A DNA stretch of 63,930 nt, filler included, from Atractiella rhizophila (taxonomy: Eukaryota), in NCBI GenBank assembly GCA_021432655.1. It is 4 parts of 4 records of this genome, joined end to end, with 100 filler letters (N's around TTAATTAATTAA, not from the genome) between each part and the next. Parts side by side here need not be neighbours in the genome. Positions count along the whole stretch, not along the records: positions 1 to 15,953 come from MU271918.1; 3 more parts are not named here. One strand, 5' to 3'. How positions within the stretch are numbered: the first letter of the stretch is position 1; each line of letters opens with the position of its first letter. The notes beneath the pieces were generated by a model that was given only the letters and a program-made list of their open reading frames with translations, had not been told where the DNA came from and searched no databases. This document shows, in pieces, positions 1 through 11,221 of the stretch. Made by a program: the position numbers and the translations under genes.

Positions 1-66
1 AAGATTGTAGGAGTGGAATATCATTTATTTTCACATTTACTATGGTATGAGCCTCGAAAGAAAATT

Positions 67-2208
67 TTACGGCTCCAATCTACTGGGGTCTCTCGGGAAC
101 AAACTTGTTCTTCTAATGTTACCCAGCTTCAGGAAGAGCATAGTGATCCTCTCCAGTCCTATATCATCAACACGTCATGCATTAGCGCCAACGCAAATTG
201 TGAAGTGAACTAGACCGTACCGAATCCAGCACCGGCATGGGGGGGAGCACCCAGCTCAAAAGCGTCCACGTAACCCTTCATCTGCTCCTTCGAGATCCCG
301 ACCTTCTTCATCTGCTCCACCAAAAGGTTCGGGTCGTGCACTCGCTGAGCGCCAGAACAGATCTCCTCCCCGCGCATGAAGATGTCGTACGAGTTCGAAA
401 GTAAGGGATTGGACGGGTCGGGCATGGTGTAGAAGGGGCGGATGGCGGAGGGAAACTTGTCGATTATGTAGTAGTCCGTTCCGTATTTCTCTTTCACAAT
501 CACCCCGAGAGCCTTCTCCTGCTCCGTGCTATCCAAACCATGTCAGCATAAGTAGTGAACTTTCTGCGAACACACTTCATGTCGTCGTAGTCCCCAATCT
601 GGTAACCCTTCTCCCTCAACAACGCTATGGCATCCTTAAACTCCAACCTCAGCGTCTCCTCAAGCCACGTAAACTTCTCGTGTGGGAACTGCTTTGCGAC
701 CACCTCAATCTCCTTAGCGTACTCCCTTTGTAGCCCGACGAAGATAGATTTGAGGAGGTTGTCAAGAAGGTCAAGACACTCGTGATAGTGTGTTTGGAAG
801 GACATCTCCAGATCGAGACCCGTAAATTCCGTGAGGTGACGATGCGTGTTTGAGTTCTCAGCTCTGAAGACTGCCCGATTTGTCACAACATGAAAGGAGG
901 ATAGAAGGCAAGAAGCGAACCAGGGCCAATTTCGAACACTCGTTCCATGCCACCTGCAATGCACATCTGCTTGGCAAGCTGTGGTGACTGGGCGAGGAAA
1001 GCCTTCCCTGTGCTTCAAGAGTCAGTTTTGTCATAGGACCAAGAAAGTTAGCACACCGTCGAAATATTTGACCTCGAATACGCTTGCACCGCTCTCGGTA
1101 GCAGCTGCCTGAAGTTTCGGCGTGTGGATCTCGACGAAACCATTCTGCCTCAAGAACTGCTGGAAAAGCCATGTCACGCCAGAGGTGATGCGGAAGATGG
1201 CTTGGTTCGTAGGGCTCCGAAGATCAAAGACTCGATTCTCAAGCTGAGTGTGTTGCGTGACACGAACGAATTTGCTGTCGTCCTGTACTCCATATAGTTG
1301 AGCAAGCGAGGAAGATCAAGCGTACGAGGGAAAAGCACCTTCTCAAAGTCGGTTTCAGGGCGGATGGAGTCTTCGAGCACAAAGGGGAGTTGTGCTGGTG
1401 CCTCGCGCTCGATGAAAAACTGCACAAATCAGAATAGTGTACATGTCATCGGAATAATGGCACACTTTGTCGACAATGATCTCCCGGTTCCCAACGGTAC
1501 AGCTGTTGATTTCAATCTTCGGAATCTGGACCGTCCCCTCGACATAGACGATGGACTCGATCGCTGTCGAATCCGCAAATTTAAGCATGTGCTTTGAGAC
1601 GGTCTCAGGAGTCAGTGTAAGGATCGCTTGAACCGTTGAAAGACCCTGGCGCAAGGTGAAGAATTTCATCTTGGCTCCTTGGAAGCAAAGTTTGTTAAAT
1701 ATGCTCGATTTAGGTGAAAACAGAGCGAACCTTGCGACCGCAGATTCTGAACGTAGGCACGTAGATGTACTCTATCTCCATCTTTGGTTGTCTCCGGAAG
1801 CTCTGAGATATTATTTCGAGACTGAGCTGCTCAGATCCATCAGTGATTGGCCACGCTCGACAGTGGAACACGTACACAGCTTCTCTGTGCTTTGGTTCAG
1901 AGGCAGTCGTCCGTAATTTTGTGAGGCGTAATCCTTCACGCTCTCAGCCCAAGCATTCTGCATAACTAAGTAGGAGCTCACAACATCAGCAGCCTCTCTA
2001 GCAGCCTTCTCAGCTGCTTCCTTGGCCTCACGCTCAGCCTTCTTTCTCGCCTTCTCCTCCTCTTTCGCTCTCTTCTTTAGCTCATTCTTTGACAGTGGCT
2101 GACCATCTTCCCTGCACTCCACATCACATCGGTAACTGAGCTTGCATAACCTGACACATACCCTAGAATGGGAGTTGCAGCTGGTTGGGCTTGCGCTGCT
2201 GCAGACAT
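67..2208 (-). CDS. DPS1: Cytosolic aspartyl-tRNA synthetase (multi-exon)
   Basis: Exon translations: N-terminal K/E-rich helix ([21 protein letters not shown]), OB-fold ([13 protein letters not shown]), motif 2 ([23 protein letters not shown]), [29 protein letters not shown], motif 3 (PPHAGAG..GLER), C-terminal [14 protein letters not shown] at 2208, stop at 67-69, many short GT-AG introns. Confidence 0.96.
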
Positions 2209-2877
2209 AATGGATCGCGCTTGAAACGAGCTGGAAAGGGAAAACCTCGCAGATCTGTATGTGGTAGCAAAACGGCAGGCTGGGGAAACGCGTTTTATAA
2301 TGGTACAAGTCGAATCAGCCAAGATACGACGGTAGAGCATGCAAGTCAGTTCGACTGGGAAGATTTTGACGGGCCACAGGGTAGGGTTAGGGCCATTTGA
2401 AGTGTAATGCGTTCACCTTCACCTCCTGTTTCTCTCCCGTTTTGGTTGTATGAGCATTTTCACGGAAATTTAGGATTTCAACTCGCTAGGCGTGAATTTG
2501 AAGCCATTCCGAAAATGTCAAGCATTTGAAGGTGTGTGCTCTGAATATCTCAGGGACTGCAATGTGATGCCCGTATTCACAATTTGAATGCAAGTTCTTG
2601 ACTCTCCTTTCTTCTACTCAAGCTGGCCACATCTCTCTGCCACGAGCAAGGCGATTGTTCTATGACGCTACTCCACGGCGACGCCGCGCCTTTCAAATTC
2701 CAAGTTGTACAGTCGATCTGAAACATGAGATGAACTGCCACGGGGACAATGTGCTACTGGATAGCCAGATGAATCGGTTCCAACAAAACCGAAAGAGTGT
2801 AATGCGTGCATAGTTAAGTCAGTGAAACAGATCCAATGAAGCCATCATGATAATTCAGTTTCTAGTGTGACTGTATT

Positions 2878-4347
2878 TTAACTCCGCCTTGCTCCCCCTT
2901 TTTTCAACCAATCTTGGTATGGAACCAGCATTCTGTCCTTCGTCCCTTCCCCACGTTCAAACCACAGATCCACGGTTTGACCTCGTGCATAAAAGATCTC
3001 TCTAATGCTTTCCATGAAAGGTCCTGGTCCTCTAGAACCATAACCGTCAACTGAAACCAAGCCTAAAACAAGCTTTTCCAAACCGCAGGCGAATTTCGGC
3101 GCAGTTTTCTCGCTCGTTAGCAAGTCGAGCTCAGGTTGTACTCGATGATCGTCCCATGTACAATAATGGAGTGTCAGGTGAAAATATTTCAAGGAAGGAG
3201 CCAACAACTTGAAAAAGAATACGGGTCCGGGTGTATCGGTCCACATGGTGTTGATTTCGAGTGAAAGGAGACTGCGACATGACTGGATGATGTCTTGCAA
3301 GATGCGACAAAGGAGTTCTTGATTCCAAAGCCAGTCCTCATCTCCTTCATCATAAATCCAAAAAAAGTTTCCAAACCCGTCATATTCTGCCCATTTGAAG
3401 CTCAGCTCCTTCAATTGCTCCCCAAACTTCAGAAATGGCGCTGACCATATCTTCTCGTCGTTCGTGTCTCGTGCAGTCTCGCCGATGATGCGCGTATCGA
3501 GAAAATGAAGCCTCGAGAGGAAAGGAGAAAGTGAAAGGATGTCTTGAAGATCTGTCGGTGCAATTCGAGATTGGTAAAGCTTGAGACAGGTCAGAGTCTC
3601 CGTGAGGAATCGATTGTTTGCGGTGTTGAGACGAGAAACAATCTGTGGTGAGCGAAAAGATCCAGGTGTGCTGATGGAGGAAACTTGACGGAAAACAATC
3701 GTTGGGCAATGTGAGTGATCGAGCATTCCAAACACTGAGTTGATAATAAGGGCATCACGCACTGAAACTGTCCCAAATTCTAGAAGTTCGAGTTTCGGCG
3801 TTTTCGATGGGCAAAATAAATCACAGATCGACGGATCCAGATAGACTGCAGGGGGCATTGATACCATTCGAATACCTCGAAGCGAGTCGCTGCAGAGTTG
3901 GATAATGTCTGTAATCCCCTTCCTCCAATTTTCTATTTGTTTTCTACACTTGCTCCTGTTGTCTAGCTGCGCGCTGTTCAAGTTCTTTGCTTTCAATTCA
4001 CAATCTACCCTTTGCCGTTCGTATCGGCTCTCTTGGATAAACCTTTCGTCAAAGTCCGAGGCTCGTGGAACGAAAAGTATTTCACGAACATAGTGGGCAA
4101 GACTTGGTTTTGCGAGAAGGGTTGCGTGAAGTGTGCTGAGCTGGAAAGTGCTTTGAATGAACGGCTTCTTAAAAATGAGGGATTGACAAGCGGAAGCAAA
4201 TAGAGGCGATAGAATAGAGAGAGAAGATATCCAAGTGACAGAGTTGAGAGATCCGTGGCGCTTTGAGCGCCGCATATCAATTGAAGCGAGCACCAAAATG
4301 TGAACCATAATTTCGAGAGGAAGGTCATGGATTGGGCAAGTCTTCAT
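2878..4347 (-). CDS. F-box-like/LRR-like hypothetical protein, 489 aa
   Basis: Uninterrupted ORF. N-terminal IHDLPLEIMVHIL resembles an F-box start, followed by Leu-rich LxxLxL segments. Confidence 0.65.
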   Translation of the reverse strand: MKTCPIHDLPLEIMVHILVLASIDMRRSKRHGSLNSVTWISSLSILSPLFASACQSLIFKKPFIQSTFQLSTLHATLLAKPSLAHYVREILFVPRASDFDERFIQESRYERQRVDCELKAKNLNSAQLDNRSKCRKQIENWRKGITDIIQLCSDSLRGIRMVSMPPAVYLDPSICDLFCPSKTPKLELLEFGTVSVRDALIINSVFGMLDHSHCPTIVFRQVSSISTPGSFRSPQIVSRLNTANNRFLTETLTCLKLYQSRIAPTDLQDILSLSPFLSRLHFLDTRIIGETARDTNDEKIWSAPFLKFGEQLKELSFKWAEYDGFGNFFWIYDEGDEDWLWNQELLCRILQDIIQSCRSLLSLEINTMWTDTPGPVFFFKLLAPSLKYFHLTLHYCTWDDHRVQPELDLLTSEKTAPKFACGLEKLVLGLVSVDGYGSRGPGPFMESIREIFYARGQTVDLWFERGEGTKDRMLVPYQDWLKKGGARRS

Positions 4348-5344
4348 ACTAGTGGTTCAGCAGATAATCAGCTCATTGGGTTTGGCTGTGAATTAGGACT
4401 AGGACTCACTGTGGTGGGACTATCCTAGGCTTGAAATCAGACCTTCTCAGGGGAGGGCCAAACTTGGTCATGGTTTCGAGGTCAGGGGCGGCAAATAACA
4501 AATTCTCGTCTTTTCAATGTGGAAAGAGGTGGAATCAAGTTATTTAAGGAGGAAGAAATCCGCAGCAAGTTCCCGAGTCATTCGATCATTAAAATGCAGG
4601 ATTAATATTATTAATAATGCCTGCATCATGCGTCTAGATGCACGATCTGTCTCCCAACAAAACAAGCAAATGCGCTAACGAAGGCCAAGCTACAGATACA
4701 TGACTTCCTCTTGAAGTCATAGCAGTTATGGGGCATGCGGATTGTGACTGAGTTCGGGAGTCCTAAAAGCCCAGGGAGCAAGTTGCAGCGACAATGATAG
4801 CCTCAACAGGTTTCCTGGAAGAGATTGAAGCCCTGAGGCAAATCTCCTCACGAGAGGATGCGCCTCGATCTTTCACCATCAACTAGTCTCAACCATAAGA
4901 AAACGCTTTAACACGCTCCTACTGCCCTCGAGCCTGAGAATTGCGAAAGACAACCTGATGGCACGAGTTCTTGATAGCGTGAGATACAGAAAGGACTATC
5001 GTAAAAAAATTATGCCGCAGCACAATATTTTTGATCAGGTTGGCGATATCAAACGTATATCAGGTGTTCGCAGTCAAGCAGAATGCGAGACACTCATCAT
5101 CGAGTAATAAGCGTAATTATGGCATGAAAAATGGTTAGCAGGATCCCTACCTTTGACTCAAAAGAACATCACACTTCGCGACCTAGTACTCAGCACCATC
5201 AGCCTTAATAAGCGCACCACATAGCACCCCTACATCCACTCGCACAGCTCTGCCGCTCACTCAGCGCTCCATCTCGCCGACTTAGGCTTATCCGCTCGTC
5301 CCCCTTAAACCACTTCTCTTCTGTATAAATCTACAGCCGTCCGG

Positions 5345-5952
5345 TCATATCATCCCAAATCGTCGCAATATTTTAACCAAGAGAGATTGTCTCAAAAGAG
5401 TTCGTTCAGCAAATATTCGCCCATTGTGAAAAGAACGAGTGGGACGAGTTCTGCACGTATCTCGACCCGGATGTACGCTGGTGAATAAATGATGATAAAG
5501 AAGATGACTACACCCACACTGGAATATATGTTGGTATCAAACATCAGTCTCTATTCTAGCTCTTGGTGCAAACGAAACTGTCGGGACAGAACGTGGCAAG
5601 CTGGAAGGAAAAGTCGGCGTGCCATCGTGGGCAAGATTGAAGGATGGGGTGAATACGATGAAATCTCAAGCTTGAACGTGAGCCTTTCCTCATCTTGATG
5701 CGAATATGTGGCTGAGGATCGTCTCAGGTGTTCGGCAACCTTTCTATCGCGGAATGCGTAGGAAACGCAACACAAAAGAACGGACAGCGTTACAAAAATA
5801 CGCGCCTCTCTTGCTCATTGAGGAGCGTGGACTGATGGGTTGGCGACGCAGATTCGCTTGGTTCTTGATGAGGAGACGGGAAAGGTGAAGGAAATTACGG
5901 AGTATATGAATACTGATCATGTGACAGATTGATGAGGAGTAATGAACCTTGA
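5345..5952 (+). pseudogene. SnoaL/NTF2-like protein, apparently disrupted
   Basis: Fragments IVSKEFVQQIFAHCEKNEWDEFCTYLDPDVRW, IAECVGNATQKNGQRYKN, FAWFL and DEETGKVKEITEYMNTDHV fit a SnoaL-like fold. TATAAAT at ~5324. No clean ATG; frame break between FAWFL and DEETGK. Boundaries approximate. Confidence 0.55.
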
Positions 5953-6295
5953 AATCTTCTGTAGGACCTGTGGTGTCGAAGACGACTTGTAGAAAGTTAT
6001 ACAATTTAAGGGGGAGACTGAACAATCGCTCTTAAGTGGTGCGTAATGGAAATATATATCATAGGACGCCTTGCATGCCAAAGTTAGCCAATAGCAACTA
6101 TCGCTGCGTATTATTATTCACAAAAGTCACTCAACTCTACAGTTGAGTTGGAGATACCAGTTCTATGTTCAAGAGTGTTAACATTACAGACAGATGAAAG
6201 AAGTGCCTTTCAACATTCATAGAAACTACACAATCGTCAAGTTGACCTATCAAGTTCTTCTCACTCCATGTCACGAAGTGAATGACTACGATTGC

Positions 6296-7674
6296 GTCTG
6301 AAGTTAACCGTGGAAACTCTTTCGGCAGGTGACCTGATGGTTACACGCAGGAACTCTATTTTGCCGTCAGGTCTCCTGCTTACCACCAACATGCAGGTTT
6401 GGACTTAGCATTTTTCCTTTGGCGAAGGGTCGTGAGGTTGTAGGGTTAGGGTAGTTTTTGGGCACCCAAACGACATCGACGATCCAATCCAACGAATATG
6501 CCACAATCTTACTCACACATCCCTCTCCAAGTCATACACCCACCTCATAATGCCTCTCAGGTACTCCGATGTGTCTGCTGTGAAATCCGCTTCGTAATGG
6601 ACCAATACTGGCGAAAGTGAATGAAGAAAGATATGGGGTTTTGTGCCAAGCAGGAGAAGATGCTCAACGACAGAGTGAGGTGGGAAACCGCTGAAGGTGC
6701 GTCGTATGCTCGTTAGTGGTAGGGAGGAACAGGAAAATTGGGTGGCACACAGCATCGAAAACAGTGGTGTGGCGACAATGCTTCGACTTGCATCATTTCT
6801 GGTGAGGAGAATTCCGATGAGACCAACAAGTTAGTATAGGGTTCCTTCTATGAATGTTCAAAAGACAGCTTTGTTTTGCCTTCTAATATATTGGGGGACA
6901 GCAAGACAACCAGCCTACCTTGAACGCTCAAATGCAAGGTCCTCCACATCAACAGTGTGATAGCTTGAAGAAGCATGCCCGTGTTATTGCTACTTAATGA
7001 TGTGGAAGAGAGGCTCGATTACGCTCTTGGAGGGGAAAGATCGTGGCAGTTCCGAAGGTTAATGTAAGTATCTTCTTTGTTTGTTCTCTTCTTGGTTCCA
7101 AATTGCACCGGAGACTGATGAGATGGAACTTTGTTAGGTATCTTTTACATGCTCAGAAGGTATGCTTTTCCTTTGCTTGAGTGATTTCTGGCCATGCTAA
7201 TTGCTTATGAGTCAGGGAAATAAATTAGTATGTTCGCAAGTATGATTCGTGAGTAATCTCTATCGCATCGGATGAAGCTGGTTCATGAGTCAACCAAGGA
7301 ATAATTTTGGGTCTGATAAGGATGAGTTACCACAATTATATGACACTAAATAGTACAATGCATTCGTAATCCCAACATAATCCTCACAGGTGTCCCAGTG
7401 CATTTAAGAGGTGTAAAGAAACCGGGGAAGGGAGGAGCTGTAACCAGTGCAGGAGTTTACCATCAGGTACGCGCAGGTCCCCTGCCACCAGCCATCAGGT
7501 TCTTGCAATATAGCTGATGGCTGGCAGCAGGCCACCTGACGATTGGACAAATCGCCGCAATCAGGTCGCCTGATGGAATTTCAGCAGGTAGCATGCTCGT
7601 AACCGGAAGGTCGCCTGCTGATTTTAGCGGCAGGCCACCTTCCGAAAAGCTTTCTTCGGTGAGTTGCTTCAGTG
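6296..7674. mobile_element. Degenerate non-autonomous TIR DNA transposon, possibly CACTA/CMC-like
   Basis: Imperfect inverted ends: left CTGAAG..TTCGGCAGGTGACCTG versus right reverse complement CACTGAAG..TTCGGAAGGTGGCCTG. Seven subterminal CAGG-N3-CCTG palindromes or near-matches at 6326, 6368, 7474, 7528, 7562, 7607, 7631. No transposase recognised. Confidence 0.55.
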
Positions 7675-8483
7675 ACGGTCGACATGGTTAAGACAGCAGT
7701 ATTGTCGGCAGAATTCGGAATAAAAAACAAGACTGGCTGATAGAAAGTATTTCACAGGCATTGTGCTTGCAAAGAGAGTGTGAACATGCTTGCATATCAC
7801 CACAGCTGAAGGAGAGAACCCGAAAACTCTCACCAAAGAGCCTTTCTCAGGCTCGATGTTTGCCTCACTAGCACCCAGAAGCCTCCAATTTATCTCCCTG
7901 TCAAGTTCTCAGGCTGATCGGGTATCTAGTGGCATCCCGCTTGCGACGGAGCCGATGCGGTCGGCTTGACCTTCGGCGAAATTTTGGCACTTTCGACTTC
8001 AACCCTTGTCAAGTTTGGTTTGGAGTTTGGGACATTTTGGGATGATTCTGGCAGGATTAGGGGAAAGTGGGAAGCCGCCCGCTCGCAAGTGAACTGGCTG
8101 AGTGGCTGCGCAAACAACAACGACTGATTGTGAGATTTGGGACAGGATTTGGAGCAGAATGGGACTTTTGGGACTGTTTCGTTCTCATTCGCTAGGCGCG
8201 CTGAGATCGACCCGACGTGGTGAGCATTTCTGTGGTCAAGTACAGGTACTCGCTGAAGCAGCTTGAGAGGCAGCATTCCGACGCAGACTGGGACTTGCAT
8301 GGCAACACTTTTTCTTTGCAGCTCGCCAGTTTGGGCTAGGTTGTCTTCTGGCATAGGCGGAATGGAAGTCTTAGACAAGAGTGTATGCTTAGGCTCGTTC
8401 CTTCCATTGTGAGTGATTTAGCTAATTCCGTCTCGCCCTGACCTGAGCGGACTTGTGGGTCAGGAAGATGTCCTGGAACCCTT

Positions 8484-8973
8484 TGTTAGGGCTAACACTA
8501 TGTGCGGTCGCCGATAGGCGATGCGTCTGTAGTGGAGGTAAACCTAAGAGAATGATATGGCGTGAGAAGACTAACCTGTAGTGGAGGTAAACCTAAGAGA
8601 ATACTCTGAGGTCACCCCCACTACATCTCGATGTATATATACATAAGTAAAGGCACTGCCATAAACTGTAACATAGGTTACTTGAAACGTGTAAGATAGC
8701 TAGATCAGGAAAGTAATAAAGGGAATACTCGGAAATAAGATATACTGGGTAGTACTAGTGAGAAAGGACAATAAGGCGAAAATGGAGACGGTGCAGACCG
8801 GCGAAATGTATAAGGTCCGCTGAGCGGCGATTCGTGTGAGGAATGGAAAAGCGGCGAACAGCGCAGACCCCTGCAGAGCGGCGATGGGTAGGTACGTGAT
8901 CACATGACACGGTAAGATGGGTCACGTGACTTCGGATGGTGCATTTCGGTAATGCGTGGGGGCAAGCCTGACA
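8484..8973 (-). repeat. 3' LTR, 490 bp
   Basis: Ends TGTTAGG...CCTGACA (TG..CA, 6/7 inverted match). Directly preceded on the minus strand by a G-rich tract. The second LTR is not in view, so identity and TSD (candidate CCCTT, 8479-8483) cannot be confirmed. Confidence 0.8.
8527..8602. repeat. 27-bp perfect direct repeat inside the LTR
   Basis: CTGTAGTGGAGGTAAACCTAAGAGAAT at 8527-8553 and 8576-8602. Confidence 0.95.
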
Positions 8974-8990
8974 ACACCCCCCAAATTCTT
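8974..8990 (-). other. Polypurine tract (PPT)
   Basis: Minus strand AAGAATTTGGGGGGTGT directly abuts the LTR start TGTCAGG. Confidence 0.7.
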
Positions 8991-9098
8991 GACTGGCGTG
9001 CTTGAGTCACGGAATTTTTAGGTTAAGGTTTGCGGTTAGTTGGGGCGAAGATTTTTCCCAGTTCTTCCACCATCTCCCGCTCTTCTTTTCGTGTAAAA

Positions 9099-10614
9099 AT
9101 GTCAACCGACGCACAACTCTTCGACTTTGTCCTGGCGAACAAGGATAGAAAGGAGAGCACAGTTTACTGGGATGTGGAGAAAGCGAAAGAGGTGAATTTC
9201 GGGCGATTTGCCGATGTGTTGGAGTGGGGGAAAAGGTGTTATCCTCTGTATGTCACATTTTGTGATGAAGTACAAGCAGAGGTAGGATTTCTTGTCTTGG
9301 ATGGTATGGTTGGGTGTATGTGGTGACCCGTCGGCGGTGGGAAAGGTGCGAACGGTTTATGAGTCTGCGAAAGGGTTTGGTGATGGGCGCGTTTTGTCGT
9401 TCCCGCTGCGGATGTCTGTGGAAGACATGCAGGTCTTGCGGGATGATCTTCGGCTTTGGGTGGAACAAGCAGCGCTCGTCGAGGAAGAAGCGGCGAAATT
9501 CGGGTTTCAGCCCTCTGAATCGGCGAATGGGGACCCCGTTTTGCGAAGGAAAGAACGAGAACTTTTCTTGTTTGACACGAAAAAGCGTCTGGCGAAAGAG
9601 GAGGAGGAACGAAAACGAGCGGCGCTCGAAAATAAGCGCCGAACGGCTGAGGAAAATTTACGCGCTCAAAAATCGATCTCAGCGGCGAAGGGGTCCGAGG
9701 TTGGGGTTGTGAGGGCGTTGTCTGACCATCTGGTGACTGCTACTACTTTTGTTTTGCCTGCTGCATTGGGGGACCGAAATCCGTTCGCCGGTGCGCCAGT
9801 CGCCGAATTTGTAGTGCGCGACGGGAAAGTTCGAATAGGCGACAAGGAATTGGACGCATCGAAATACAGATACTTTTGGCCAGGTACTCGCGATGCCTAT
9901 TCTCATGCTGCTGCGAACATCAACTTGGGCGAATTGGACCTTGAATTGGTTATCACGACTCCTCGGGCGAATGCCCGTATTCTTCCCACGTTGGCAAGCA
10001 TCGGGACGCAACGATGTAGTAACTGTACCGGAAAAATTCGAGCGGCGCCTGTCAAATCGGCGAAAAAGAAGGCCAAGGCCGACAACGACTCTCAGGTGTG
10101 CGACTTTTCTGCTGGGCACGTCGCGACCGCATTCGGACGGGTTTGTTCGCGTTGTCACAGTTCGCGAAAGAGGTGCGAGGTTTTGCCTCTGGGATATTTG
10201 CGAGAGCTATCGATGTTAGTCGTGATGTCGACTGCGTTCCACCCTAAACGCATCGGCGATGGGAAAAAACGTCCCTCCGCTGTCGCTGAGAGCAACTACG
10301 AGAACCTATCGGACGTCGACGAAGACTCTCCTGCGCATTCGATGCTTAGCGCCGCTCGGTTGTACTCCGAAGCGTTCAGCATGAACTTCGCGCAAACGAT
10401 GCTCGCGGCCGCCAGGTTGAATGCTCAAGCAGCGGCGGATGCTCTTAAGGCCGCCGAGTTGCAAATGGAATTGTATAGAAGGAGGCAGGATGATCGTGCT
10501 GCGGAGGATGGGGCTAGCGAGGGTTCTGTGCTGGAAGGTGTGGTAGCCGATGTGACTGGTAGGGTGAGTCTACCTGTTTTCGGCGATCCGTCTGACTATC
10601 TAGATGTTGTTTAG
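9099..10614 (+). CDS. Retrotransposon-borne antisense protein (~483 aa) with coiled coils and a Zn2Cys6-like six-cysteine cluster
   Basis: AAAATG start at 9099. Exon 1 (9099-9281, MSTDAQ..VQAE), putative 64-nt phase-0 intron 9282-9345 (GTAGGA..GGTGAC..AAG), exon 2 (9346-10614) in frame. C-x2-C-x24-C-x14-C-x2-C-x6-C at 10015-10176. Confidence 0.75.
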
Positions 10615-11221
10615 GCATCGTAGGGCACCTAACTCTTCGCCAGTTGTACAAAAGTCGTCGCATCGGCGAAATCGAGTTTCGACTCGGCGACTTAAAACCT
10701 TCGTTGGCTCAGGAGGCCTATGACAATTCCAATTATGACGTGTATTCTGTTTCTGCTTCGAGTAGTAGTGATAGTGAGGAATCCATTCGGAGCGGCGATT
10801 TTGAACTTTGAAATATATGTTTTGTGTCTCCGTATTAGCGGCGAATAGCCAAGCGGCGACAAGGGTAAACCGTGTCATGGTGGCATAAGGTATTGTGGTG
10901 AGTGGGGAGAACAGTGGCAAAGTGGGTGATGCAGGACTCACACTCCCCTGTCTAGGGGAGGACCCTCAGGCGTTCCTCCCACTAGCTACCCAAGCTTATT
11001 ATGGAGCTCGCAACCAAAATAGGCCTGGGCCACGCGTTCGTGGACACAACGCGCAGTATAACATGTCGGCGATTTGCGTGCTCGTCGCCGGTCTGTCTCC
11101 TTTGTGGAAGAATGTGTTGTCGAGCGAACAAGGATGGGGAAGCAAAAGGTAAAAGCAAAAAATAGGAAACAATAATCATCAAAACCAAAACAGAGTGGAG
11201 GATGAGGGGAAGTCGTTGTGT

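Noticed and set aside
7926..8378. 150-aa ORF next to the LTR, with Cys-rich text in an alternative frame
   Set aside because: No recognisable family, and stops interrupt the Cys-rich frame; possibly a decayed target sequence.
8527..8602. CRISPR-like repeat-spacer-repeat
   Set aside because: Only two copies, inside a eukaryotic LTR, with no cas genes.
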